A program made the position numbers and the translations under genes. The notes under the pieces are model-generated. The model was not told the origin of the DNA and ran no database searches. It saw only the letters and a program-made list of their open reading frames with translations. A DNA stretch of 63,764 nucleotides, the filler included. It is 7 parts of 7 records of this genome, joined end to end, with 100 filler letters (N's around TTAATTAATTAA, not from the genome) between each part and the next. Parts side by side here need not be neighbours in the genome. Positions count along the whole stretch, not along the records: positions 43,495 to 51,364 come from DRR723986_24817; positions 51,465 to 63,764 come from DRR723986_24991; 5 more parts are not named here. One strand, given 5' to 3'. The first letter of the stretch is position 1, and each line of letters begins with the position of its first letter. Below, piece by piece: positions 46,751 to 55,882 of the stretch.

Positions 46751-47578
46751 TCACATTGTACCCAATAAGGCTTCCTTGTGCTTGATTAACTGGCCCAATT
46801 TCTCGTCAAGATATTTGCCGTTTTTCCCAAAATGAATTTCCCGATGTACGTTGGGGGTTATTGCTGCGCAGTTAACGGGGTGATCCAGTCCTCCGTCAGA
46901 TAACTTCTTGATATGATGTACTTCTAGGTATGGTTGGCCATCAGGTTTGAAAAATGGGGCTTTCTCGCCAGTGAGTTCACAGACTCCCTCAGCACGGCGA
47001 AGCACGTATTCACGAATTTCAGAGCTACGTTGTCGCCTAATCTGTTTAGCCATCCTCCAATTTGTTGTCTCGGTTGGTACAACGGCTGCAAAGGCAGATT
47101 GCCGTAAGTCCTCAAATGTTTTGGTGGGGACAGGCTTGATGTTTTCATAGCCCTCATCAGGGCCTTCTGCAGTAGAAGGGACAAGATTAAAACGGATGGT
47201 CTTGCGTAGATCTCCATTTACATCAGGTCCACGGGCGAAATCTATCGAAGCGCATTCAAATTCCCCCAAGAACTCCACTGGTTGCCCTTTTCCAATTGCA
47301 CGGAACAAAAACAATTGTTTCCCATCTGCTATGTGGTCTCGGATTGCTTTGTTGCCACGGAGAAACTGCATATCGCCAACTTGGCCTTGGCCAGTGTACA
47401 GAAACACACCATCGTCTTGCTGCCAGCCGTCCTCATACCCGTATGCTTCACCGCTATCGCCAGTGAAGAGGAATATGTACGGATGAGAGCCACTCGGTGA
47501 AATACCGCTTTGTCGTGTACCGCCATATTTGTCGTGAATATCTTTTGATCGACTATATTTCTGGCCAACGACAAACAT
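46751..47578 (-). CDS. SRA-like domain plus HNH endonuclease (McrA/ScoMcrA-like, modification-dependent)
   Basis: IH..YGG.RQSGISPS..PYIFLF, YEDGW, YTGQGQVGDM...GNKAI; HNH CELT...YLEVHH...GGLDHPVNCAAITPNVHREIH; ATG 1 nt after the upstream stop. Confidence 0.85.
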   Translation of the reverse strand: MFVVGQKYSRSKDIHDKYGGTRQSGISPSGSHPYIFLFTGDSGEAYGYEDGWQQDDGVFLYTGQGQVGDMQFLRGNKAIRDHIADGKQLFLFRAIGKGQPVEFLGEFECASIDFARGPDVNGDLRKTIRFNLVPSTAEGPDEGYENIKPVPTKTFEDLRQSAFAAVVPTETTNWRMAKQIRRQRSSEIREYVLRRAEGVCELTGEKAPFFKPDGQPYLEVHHIKKLSDGGLDHPVNCAAITPNVHREIHFGKNGKYLDEKLGQLIKHKEALLGTM

Positions 47579-47579
47579 C

Positions 47580-48572
47580 TCAGTACCTCTGCTTAGTTGG
47601 GATAACCCCACGGACCCCGCCACGGGGGTTATCAACATCCCCATCACGCCTTGGGATCAGGTGGAAGTGAACATGGAAGATTGTTTGACCTGCTGACTGA
47701 CCTGCATTGATGCCGACATTGAAGCCTGTAACTGTGTGATCGTTATCTAGGATCGCCTGTCGCTGTTCATGTAGCATTGCCTCAATGGCATTACGTTCTG
47801 GCTGATATAGGTCGAAGTAATCAGCCACGTGACGCTTTGGGATGATTAGAGTATGATGCTCCGTGACAGGGAATGCGTCCTTGATAGCATAGCATAGCTC
47901 ATTCTCAGATATGATACGCCCAAGGCCTAGCTCACAGAAGGTACAACCCGCTTCACGGTTGTTGTAGCTGTCCAAGACACCCCTAAAGTCCGTGTCGTCA
48001 TTATCCCGCTTGTTGGTGTTACATGTCACACAGAGTGCTTGGAAGTTGCTAATATCGTCAGGCCCACCCTTAGACCTGGGGATAATGTGGTCGATGTGGA
48101 GTGCGGCCTGACCCTCATGCGCTCCGCATAATTCACAACGATGTTTTGCACGTTTAAGGACCTTGTAGCGAATGCTGCCAGACACATAGCCACTGTCGGC
48201 GCCTCTGTGGCCCCATATAGCCTCGCCACGTTTGCCTATGTATGCGTTGATAGCACTGTCGCACATGTCCTGCAGGGCAGCTCTCTGGGCCTCAGTATGG
48301 ATTACCTGCGTGAGGCGATAGCCGGTAATCTGACGGCCTTCCTTCATTGGCTCCACGACACCATTATTGGTCAAGACTTTGCCAACCATAGCTTTTGTGC
48401 GAAGCGAATAATATTCAACTTGCGACTGGTCGTAAGCCAAAAGACTTTTGGCAATCTCCTCTGTAGTGGCCTGGCCACCATTTTCCAACAGAACCTTCAG
48501 CATTACCGGCTGATAGATATGCGACATACGCATCTGATGCTTGATAAAATATTCTAGCTGGCAAGCGGTCAT
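47580..48572 (-). CDS. wHTH/SBD-like - HNH endonuclease - HIT hydrolase fusion
   Basis: MSHIYQPVMLKVLL N-domain; CELCG...IDHIIPRSKGG...NFQALCVTCN..K; CTFC...FPV...HTLIIPKRH...AGQTIFHVHFHLIPR. Confidence 0.9.
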   Translation of the reverse strand: MTACQLEYFIKHQMRMSHIYQPVMLKVLLENGGQATTEEIAKSLLAYDQSQVEYYSLRTKAMVGKVLTNNGVVEPMKEGRQITGYRLTQVIHTEAQRAALQDMCDSAINAYIGKRGEAIWGHRGADSGYVSGSIRYKVLKRAKHRCELCGAHEGQAALHIDHIIPRSKGGPDDISNFQALCVTCNTNKRDNDDTDFRGVLDSYNNREAGCTFCELGLGRIISENELCYAIKDAFPVTEHHTLIIPKRHVADYFDLYQPERNAIEAMLHEQRQAILDNDHTVTGFNVGINAGQSAGQTIFHVHFHLIPRRDGDVDNPRGGVRGVIPTKQRY

Positions 48573-49242
48573 GAATAGTTTACCCTACTGCTTTGTATTT
48601 CGATCCATCTTGAGCGATGCTGCCCTCAAATCGCAATCATATTTCCGGATATGGAGATACGCCTTGCCTGATCGAAGTGAGGGGAACAGTCAGTTACCAG
48701 AAAACTTTACACGACTACTTGGGCCTAAAGACGTATTTTCAGATACTCAATTCGGTGAAGTTTTGTCGCCAGTCGTGGAACCCGCAACAGACAAGGATTG
48801 GTCGATAATTCACGGTTATTTGGCCGATCTCGGGTTTTCAGGACTTCGACCATCCAGCACTCAGAAACTTGGTGTTTTGCTGTCCAGCTCCCTGATGCAG
48901 TCGATGCGCCTTGAGGGGCGCAGAGAGCGTCGTGGAGAAGCGATGCTGATAGGTTGACACAGGAGCGAAAGCTATTGGCGGCGAAGGTCTAAGGGGGGCT
49001 ACAGGCTCTCTGAGTATCTGCGAGACGCCATGCGTAAACTCGGCTGGATTACCCATACTGCGGGGGCATCGTGAACCTCTATGGGGGGAACGGTAACTGC
49101 AATGGCTGTATGATTGAATGCTTTGTGCAGTTGGTGAGGGCTTGGGGGGGGCTACGCATTGTGGCTGGATGATTTGGCTCGACCCTGCTTTCCAACGCTA
49201 TTTCCACAACCCAACTTTCAATTTGAACACCTGCGAAGAAAA

Positions 49243-50394
49243 CTAATGGAGGGGAGGACGATTTAAGTATTCTTCGATCTCTTGGTCAGTAATGAAGCGC
49301 CCATTGTTCTCAGTGAACGGCTCATAGTCTTTAGTATTCCAAAGGCCTGCCCCGGCATGTTTCTTAAGCAAAGCCTTCTCAATACTCAGAGCTTCTGTCT
49401 TTGTAAGACCTTCATAGAGAACACTCACATCCATCTCACCCCTGACGAAGCGGTGCTCATTGATTTTGAAGTTGTGAGAAACGCCGGAGTTCACATGTTT
49501 CCAGCGGTCACTCTTACCCTCACCAATATAGCGCACCTGCCCATCCGCATCTTTGACCTGATAAACGATGTGATCCTTTAAAAGATCGTTTTGCACCACC
49601 AGCCTCAAGGGGTTTCGCCGCTTCTGGGGTGCGATGTGAGCAACTACACCAGATTGATATGTTCTGGTATGTGCCCTCACATCGTGTTTCTGTCGGTCTG
49701 GAAGGTTAGCGATCAGTTTGTCGGTTGTTCCGAACGTCGCCGACACTAGACTGACGTAATCCATATGGCCACTGTCAAAGCCTGGCTTGGGGAGAAACAG
49801 CCTTGCACGAACATGTTTTGTGAGTTTCTCAATACCAATGAGATCAAGGCCTGCTTCATTAGACATTGAGTCAATCTCCCCGAATGCAAAAGAAGGATAT
49901 GGTACAATCACAAAGCCGAATGCCCGTGTCTCTCTGTCAAGAAACACATAAGGGGAAATATCTGTCGCCCACTCAAAATCCGTAGCTTCCAGAGTGTGCC
50001 ACTCATTCACCAGTGACTTATCCAGATCGAACAAAAACAAGCCGGTAAAGGCCTCACTCACATCGCCACGACCTAGGCAATACGTCCCCCATGCACTTTC
50101 ATCTTGTTCTGTTAGACGCCTGTTTGACCTCAGGTTGTTTAATGCTCGAACCACGGCACCAAGCATAAAGGCAGCCCCTCCATCGGAAATGGCGTTACCT
50201 TCGCCACCAAACTTTGAAGTCATAACCATCTGAACCAAGCTGCTGAGCGAAGGCTTGTGGGGATATTCCCGGAACAACAGTTCGGCGAGGTCGCCCAACT
50301 TGTGGGGCGGCACATTGGTCACTGCACGTTCTAGTTCTCTTTTGAACTTTTGCTGTTTTCGCCTTTGAAGTTCTTGATGTGCCGTGAGAGCCAT
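49243..50394 (-). CDS. Protein with a C-terminal GIY-YIG nuclease domain
   Basis: HIVYQ...VRYIGEG..DRW.H...EALSIE..L...LWN; internal HDVRAHTR motif. Confidence 0.7.
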   Translation of the reverse strand: MALTAHQELQRRKQQKFKRELERAVTNVPPHKLGDLAELLFREYPHKPSLSSLVQMVMTSKFGGEGNAISDGGAAFMLGAVVRALNNLRSNRRLTEQDESAWGTYCLGRGDVSEAFTGLFLFDLDKSLVNEWHTLEATDFEWATDISPYVFLDRETRAFGFVIVPYPSFAFGEIDSMSNEAGLDLIGIEKLTKHVRARLFLPKPGFDSGHMDYVSLVSATFGTTDKLIANLPDRQKHDVRAHTRTYQSGVVAHIAPQKRRNPLRLVVQNDLLKDHIVYQVKDADGQVRYIGEGKSDRWKHVNSGVSHNFKINEHRFVRGEMDVSVLYEGLTKTEALSIEKALLKKHAGAGLWNTKDYEPFTENNGRFITDQEIEEYLNRPPLH

Positions 50395-50503
50395 TGGCGT
50401 TCCCGTGATCAGTAAAGGGTAGATAAGATATTCTGATCAAACCTAGCCGCCGCCGAGGCCACATGACTAGAAATACTTTTATCCCCTATTATGACAGTCA
50501 GCA

Positions 50504-50890
50504 TTACGGTTCGCAGAATTTCCGTTGGCCGAACAACTCAGCAATATCACTGCCTTTAATAGACACATGACTTCTGCTTAAGCCAAGTGGTCTAATAAGT
50601 GGAAAGGTGGGGTCTGTTACTGTGACGGTAACTTTGAAAGGATGTCCATTGGGGTCAAGCAAAAATGCCGTTGTCGCAAACTCTGTCGAGTAAAAGAACT
50701 CTAGCGATAACTCGGCGCCAAGTGCTTCAACTTTTTTGCATACCACACCCGAGTTGCTTTCTGTTACTAAGTCCAAGTACTTGTTAAACTGGGAAGTGGC
50801 AAAGTCCGCAACCTGAGACCGGAAGACAAAATAACTCAGGGTGCTTAAGCCTGCGTATACAAACACTGCGATTATCAACTTCTTCTTCAT
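50504..50890 (-). CDS. Hypothetical protein with N-terminal membrane anchor
   Basis: MKKKLIIAVFVYAG hydrophobic N-terminus. Confidence 0.6.
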   Translation of the reverse strand: MKKKLIIAVFVYAGLSTLSYFVFRSQVADFATSQFNKYLDLVTESNSGVVCKKVEALGAELSLEFFYSTEFATTAFLLDPNGHPFKVTVTVTDPTFPLIRPLGLSRSHVSIKGSDIAELFGQRKFCEP

Positions 50891-50956
50891 GATTGTTCAC
50901 CATGTGATTGGTTGCACCACTCGCCATGCCTCGCACCCCTGGGTCCAAACACGAAA

Positions 50957-51316
50957 TTACTTTGTGTCAGGTTTAGCTATGCCCAAGGTTGGCTCTGTAC
51001 GCTGCGCTTTAATGTCTGGGCCGTTGCTAGTGATAGGAGGCGTTTGCCTACGTCTGTCGGACTGCTGTTGTTCAAGCAGGTCAGCGATCTTCTTAAGCGA
51101 TCTGTTGTTTTCCACAGCTAGCGCAAGCCACCCAAACAGGGCAACCACCAACACATAGTAGAGTGCTGTAAACCCACCGAACGTGATTATTGTAGTGGTG
51201 CTCATTGGGGTATTGGCAAAGTAGTAAATCCCAAACGGGATCGGTGCCATCAGGAAGACAAACAGCAAAAACTCGTTGATGAACACAAATGCTTTGGCGA
51301 TAACGTTCATGTGCAT
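50957..51316 (-). CDS. Hypothetical membrane protein (two TM)
   Basis: AAGGA RBS, two TM helices followed by AVENN..L..IA. Confidence 0.65.
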   Translation of the reverse strand: MHMNVIAKAFVFINEFLLFVFLMAPIPFGIYYFANTPMSTTTIITFGGFTALYYVLVVALFGWLALAVENNRSLKKIADLLEQQQSDRRRQTPPITSNGPDIKAQRTEPTLGIAKPDTK

Positions 51317-51364
51317 CTAATCCTTACTTACACTTGCTGCCCTTCAACGCCTCTAGGCTACCCC

Positions 51365-51464
51365 NNNNNNNNNNNNNNNNNNNNNNNNNNNNNNNNNNNN
51401 NNNNNNNNTTAATTAATTAANNNNNNNNNNNNNNNNNNNNNNNNNNNNNNNNNNNNNNNNNNNN
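51365..51464. other. Artificial contig linker
   Basis: Same 100-nt spacer. Confidence 0.98.
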
Positions 51465-51685
51465 TATTTACGAATGTTTCGAATTTTGGGGAAGTTTACA
51501 AACCGGCCCGAATATGCCAAGGGAAATACCTGGACAAAGTAGTCTTCGGCTGTTCATCCGTGAAGAGGAAACAAAGTGTCTATCTTGACCACTGTGTTGC
51601 TGAAATCTCAATTTAGACTGGTGTGTAAACAGACAAATTGTGCTTCTGGTCAAGGTGACAGCAGGGCAGAAATAGCTATATCTCA

Positions 51686-52705
51686 CTATTCTATCGGTAA
51701 CGCCTCGTGCATTCTCTGCGCAAACTTACGTACTTCTTCCTCCGGCAGATCAACTCCGAATGCTTTCCTCCGCATTGGAAAATGACGGTATACAATTATT
51801 GTTGGTGGGCTTCGATAAGGCTTAACAAACTCTACGTCTGCAATATCTTTCAGGGGAATTATCGTTGGCATGTACATCGACCATTTATTGTCACACGTTA
51901 AAGTCTGCTTATGTGTGTCCAGACACAAAATATGCTTTCTGCCCTTAATGAGAATGTAAGTAAACCAGCACAAGAGCATGTGACCGAAGAGTAATGAACC
52001 ATTGCCCCCTTTTTCATAATACAAATAGAACAAGAACATATTCATAAAACTGATATAAACCGCATCAAATATTCCGAGTGTTCTTGGCCGCAGTATATCT
52101 ATGCTGGTTGTATGCAGACCATTGTTTTTGTCTGTTGAGTTTACATTTGATTTAACGTAACCTTTCCCAGACTGCTTTGCCCTTCCTTTTTTCGCCCTTG
52201 ACATATCAAGAGTATTTTCAGCTGAAGAAGGGTTTGCGTTTTTTGACAGCCAGGTGATTCGCCCCATCTTTACCACCTTCACATTAATCTCCAGAGCTTC
52301 AAACTTGCTCGCAATTTCATCGATTGCGTCTTTACTTTTAATTTTCACTCCATACTCATCGGTTCCGTTGAGGCGGATGGAAAAATAGCGTCTTTTGGTT
52401 TCAATGAGGACAAAGGAAATGGAAGAGTAAGGCACGGACTTTGTTACCTCCCAAAAACGGTAACCATTCTTTAGGATCAACTGTTTTGCTGTGAAGACCA
52501 AGCTATTCTGTCTTTCTGCCGCAAACCTTAGGACTAATGGACCGATAATCGCGTTAGGAAATATTAGGAACAGGAATTCCAGTGGACCGTAGATAATAAG
52601 AATTATTGAAAGCGCAAGGAATATTAAATAGATCCTAACTGAGTTGGTTTTCGCAGAATCAACTCTAAGGTGACCGTTAACATCATAGTAGTTTCCGTGC
52701 GGCAA
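51686..52705 (-). CDS. Membrane protein with two TM-hairpin plus PH-like modules
   Basis: GGAGG RBS before TTG; two TM pairs each followed by a beta-rich segment (SVPYSSISFV; IIPLKDIADVE). Confidence 0.6.
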   Translation of the reverse strand: MPHGNYYDVNGHLRVDSAKTNSVRIYLIFLALSIILIIYGPLEFLFLIFPNAIIGPLVLRFAAERQNSLVFTAKQLILKNGYRFWEVTKSVPYSSISFVLIETKRRYFSIRLNGTDEYGVKIKSKDAIDEIASKFEALEINVKVVKMGRITWLSKNANPSSAENTLDMSRAKKGRAKQSGKGYVKSNVNSTDKNNGLHTTSIDILRPRTLGIFDAVYISFMNMFLFYLYYEKGGNGSLLFGHMLLCWFTYILIKGRKHILCLDTHKQTLTCDNKWSMYMPTIIPLKDIADVEFVKPYRSPPTIIVYRHFPMRRKAFGVDLPEEEVRKFAQRMHEALPIE

Positions 52706-53002
52706 TTGATTCCTCCATTATTAATTGCAAAACTGTGACGCCGGGTCACAGTAGGCGATGATTACGCAATAAGACTCACCTTGTTACAATACAAACAAGG
52801 TATAAATGTAATATAACACAGTCTGTTGAAAATCAGATGTGTCCTGCCTCAACGTGTTTTCATCGCTACGCAGTCGCTAAACCTATGGCCATTTTAAGTT
52901 CTTGCACCGATCGTGAGGGTTATCCGTATAACACTTTAGGAACAACTACTTAAACCGGCGCTGCTCATGATTCGTCAAATATCTTTACATCTCTGCAATA
53001 GA

Positions 53003-53317
53003 TAAACACACTGAGTGCACAGGGTACAAAGATTGCAACAACATTGCGGCGCCGTCTTGCACCTGCCAAACATCTTCTACATGACCGAAGCTCCGATAAA
53101 CAGGGATGGAAGCGCTTTCGTGCGCGACTCCGTAATCACCGCCTTGTCCAAAACCATATAGCCAAGGAACAGGGATTGAAACTGGGCACTGTTAACATAA
53201 TGCGTGTCAGTTCCTGCGGTCCTAGACCTTATAGCCGAGAATGCTCTGTGACATCATCTGCCTCATCCTTGCCGTGTAGCGTCCAAGGCCTTATAGCCGA
53301 TTAACATGGATTGCAAC
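53003..53317 (+). CRISPR. Orphan degenerate CRISPR-like array (about five 37-bp repeats, 32-39-nt spacers)
   Basis: Repeats at 53003-53039, 53077-53113, 53146-53182 (GTCCAAAACCATATAGCCAAGGAACAGGGATTGAAAC), 53219-53241 (truncated) and 53281-53317 (GTCCAAGGCCTTATAGCCGATTAACATGGATTGCAAC); canonical ATTGAAAC end. Confidence 0.75.
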
Positions 53318-53396
53318 TTGAAGCATTTAGACTTAGATGTAATAGACGAGACTTAACCAGACAACTTCAACTTGCATTGGCATCAAGCAGCATGGG

Positions 53397-53849
53397 TTAA
53401 AGATAGAGCCGCTTAACACTGGAGTAATATAGATGCAGTTGGCCTTGGGAATTTCTGAGATTAATGTAAATGTAAGGATACAAGCCATGCATAATAAATG
53501 TCCACTCTCTCTGATTGTCAAGGCGAACTGTCACTTGTCTTTGAGCTCTATCATTTGTAAGCCACATAGATCCTGCTAGTCCGAGGCCTGGGTCTGTCGT
53601 CAAAGGTGGAGACTCGAAAGTTGTGTCGTCAACTTGCACCGTCAGCGTGTTGTGATCATAGCCGTTCTCAAAAAACAGCAAGATGGAATCCTGTGCAAGT
53701 ACGTTTGGATCAAATATCCAATCATCTTTTAATTGCTCTTCGGTTGGCTCCTTCGTGATTTTCAAATCACCAAAGACAAGTACCAGGGACAACTCACACT
53801 TGTTTTGTGGTGTCACACATCCTGAAATCAGCAGAATGCAAAAACTCAT
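53397..53849 (-). CDS. Putative lipoprotein
   Basis: Lipobox-like LISGC; start uncertain (ORF open to 53966). Confidence 0.6.
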   Translation of the reverse strand: MSFCILLISGCVTPQNKCELSLVLVFGDLKITKEPTEEQLKDDWIFDPNVLAQDSILLFFENGYDHNTLTVQVDDTTFESPPLTTDPGLGLAGSMWLTNDRAQRQVTVRLDNQREWTFIMHGLYPYIYINLRNSQGQLHLYYSSVKRLYL

Positions 53850-54158
53850 GATAATTGTATAGCTCAATAAATGACCTGCCGTTTTACTGGCACATTTTTT
53901 TGTAAACCTGTTGCAAGACAACTGTTGACATTTCAACAACATATTATTATTCCTCGCTCTATGCATCCGGCATTAGTTATTCTGTCGGTTGGAGTAAATC
54001 ATCAAGTTCTTCCAAAAATACTTTCCTGAACTTCTTTAAACTTGCCAACAACGCCTAAGTAAACTCGACATCAAAGCATGTTAGCTGAACTGGAAAATAC
54101 GCCCCGGTTTTCTTACTCCTGGCGGCAAATTACAAGTTTTTCAAGCATCTGACTGTTA

Positions 54159-54247
54159 CCCCCAACCCAACAACTAACAAAAAACTCAAGCAAGCGCACC
54201 GCAGGTGAACGCGTTCAAAGAAGCGTACCGCAGGTAGACGCGCTCAA
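54159..54247. repeat. Dispersed REP-like element: CA-rich leader plus two 29-bp-period hairpin units
   Basis: CCCCAACCCAACAACTAACAA then AAGCGCACCGCAGGTGAACGCG and AAGCGTACCGCAGGTAGACGCG; another copy at 58573. Confidence 0.8.
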
Positions 54248-54366
54248 GTAATACACTTTGCCAAAACACACTAAATCCTGCCAGCCCCATTCATTCGACC
54301 CTTAAAGTTGCACCGAATGAATAAGGCTACTCTGCATTACACAGTCCCATAAATTACTGTTCATTC

Positions 54367-55050
54367 CTAATCACATTGCGGCAAAACATAAACATCAAAA
54401 GGGGCCTCAGGAGTACCAAAGAAGTACAACTCATTGGCCACGAATAAATCGTAATGTGAGCGCTCTTTAACACCCCGAAATTCATTCTCAAATGGTGACT
54501 TTTGTGGTGGAGCGCCTTTGACCGTTGGAAACTCTAGATCCATCTTTAACTGAAACAAAAAATGCATACTTTGGCCGACATACGACGAAGGAGCTTCATC
54601 TTCCATCTGCCAGACTGGGGAACCATACTCTCCGAAAATTAACAAACCCCTGGACTTTCCTGAGACGACTTCACGGTATTCAATGACTGGCTGGTAAGAA
54701 TCACGCAATTCTCCTAACTCTGTTTCAAAGACACATATTTGAAAGTTCTTTTGGTATGCACGAAGAAAACCCTCAGGTATATCGGCTTTTGCAAGTTGAA
54801 CACTTAACATTTCCGGAATCAGGTGACCTTGGTCTGCACAGGAGGTACAAGCAAATACGGCCAGTGTCTTTCCACACCAAGTGTGCCCTCCTTCAAATGC
54901 GAGCTGAAAGAAGAAAGTTTGCTGACTGCCGCACAGTTGACAGTTTTGTAGCATCAAATCTATAGGAAGTTTTGGGATGCCACCAACAAATGAATTGGCG
55001 CGATTTGATTGACTGGATTCTTTTAGGTAGAGAATTGTGTTTTTGGGCAT
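54367..55050 (-). CDS. YwqG/DUF1963-like (PDCD2-like CxxC) hypothetical protein
   Basis: SFVGGIPKLP...CQLCG..QTFFFQL, repeated GSPVWQ...MHFLFQL. Confidence 0.6.
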   Translation of the reverse strand: MPKNTILYLKESSQSNRANSFVGGIPKLPIDLMLQNCQLCGSQQTFFFQLAFEGGHTWCGKTLAVFACTSCADQGHLIPEMLSVQLAKADIPEGFLRAYQKNFQICVFETELGELRDSYQPVIEYREVVSGKSRGLLIFGEYGSPVWQMEDEAPSSYVGQSMHFLFQLKMDLEFPTVKGAPPQKSPFENEFRGVKERSHYDLFVANELYFFGTPEAPFDVYVLPQCD

Positions 55051-55267
55051 TGATGCTTGTTCTCACTTCTGGTTTTAACAACTGCATTTGACACCATCGT
55101 ACTTTGTCCAGACAGACAGCAGAGTGCAAGGTTGTTTTGTCGCACTTACAGTGTAACAGATAAGAATTTGTTTCATTATTTTAAACTGCAATCACCGAAC
55201 TAAGGCATATTCTGAATGACTAAACAGATTCGCTTCGTTTCTACATTAAGTTATCCTCACCATCAAT

Positions 55268-55723
55268 TCACACTAAGTCTAATCGCTCCAGAAATTCCTC
55301 AAAAGTTCTTGTTGCCATTATCCAGTGCAACTCCAGTGTACTTGGGTTGCAGAAATGGGTTTCTGAAGGCGATTCAGTTCGATAATCTAAAGCAATGAAA
55401 CCATCTGGTTCAGTTTCACCAATTATTACACATTGGTGCACATCTATGTCACGGGGACTGTATTTTTCACTTTTCTCACCGAGAAACCTTGTAAGGCTCT
55501 CTTCTGTTTCTTCTGTGAAGTCGCTACTCTCAACAATGGTATCGTAATCATACAGGCATGGCCACGGGTATTCAACAGGGGGAAAAACCGTCTCAAAGAG
55601 CTCGACTTGTTCAGGCTTTGTCCACCTACCTGACGAACCTTTTCCACCAGCCAGCCACCGACCGGATTCAATACATTTTTGAATAGAAACAGGTATTGAC
55701 AGATTGTTTATAGTCATTGACAT
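55268..55723 (-). CDS. SMI1/KNR4 (SUKH) family protein
   Basis: VIIGE...GFIALDYR...P and W..A.RTFEEFLERL C-terminal signature. Confidence 0.7.
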   Translation of the reverse strand: MSMTINNLSIPVSIQKCIESGRWLAGGKGSSGRWTKPEQVELFETVFPPVEYPWPCLYDYDTIVESSDFTEETEESLTRFLGEKSEKYSPRDIDVHQCVIIGETEPDGFIALDYRTESPSETHFCNPSTLELHWIMATRTFEEFLERLDLV

Positions 55724-55882
55724 TTGTCAATATGGAGTATCAATATTAAAGATGGAGATAATGGATAGCCGTCGGATTTACACGGTTTGACTCTACAACG
55801 TAGTGGTAGGTCTTTGAGCGAATTGGTATTCGATGGACCACCTGCATATCTGATTATGTCGAATTGTGAGTTTCATTCTTTA

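Noticed and set aside
48541-48957. 138-aa plus-strand ORF divergent from the HNH-HIT gene
   Set aside because: It overlaps the start of the HIT gene, lacks an RBS and shows no recognisable motif; possibly a remnant.
12543-51464. Six identical TTAATTAATTAA-containing N spacers as a biological repeat, and gene linkage across them
   Set aside because: They are artificial 100-nt joiners with stops in all frames; composition and gene content change abruptly at each, so the fragments are unrelated. The CRISPR-like array cannot be linked to the HNH genes of the previous fragment.
53044-53304. 86-aa ORF in the track
   Set aside because: It runs through the repeat-spacer array, has a TTG start without RBS and no protein-like features.
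54043-55139. attC-like hairpins (GCCAAC...GTTAGC near 54043-54087; TTTAACAACTGCA...TGCAAGGTTGTT at 55074-55136) suggesting an integron cassette array
   Set aside because: One is too short, L boxes are unconvincing, neither abuts the upstream stop codon, other gene junctions lack them and no integrase is present. IntegronFinder would settle it.
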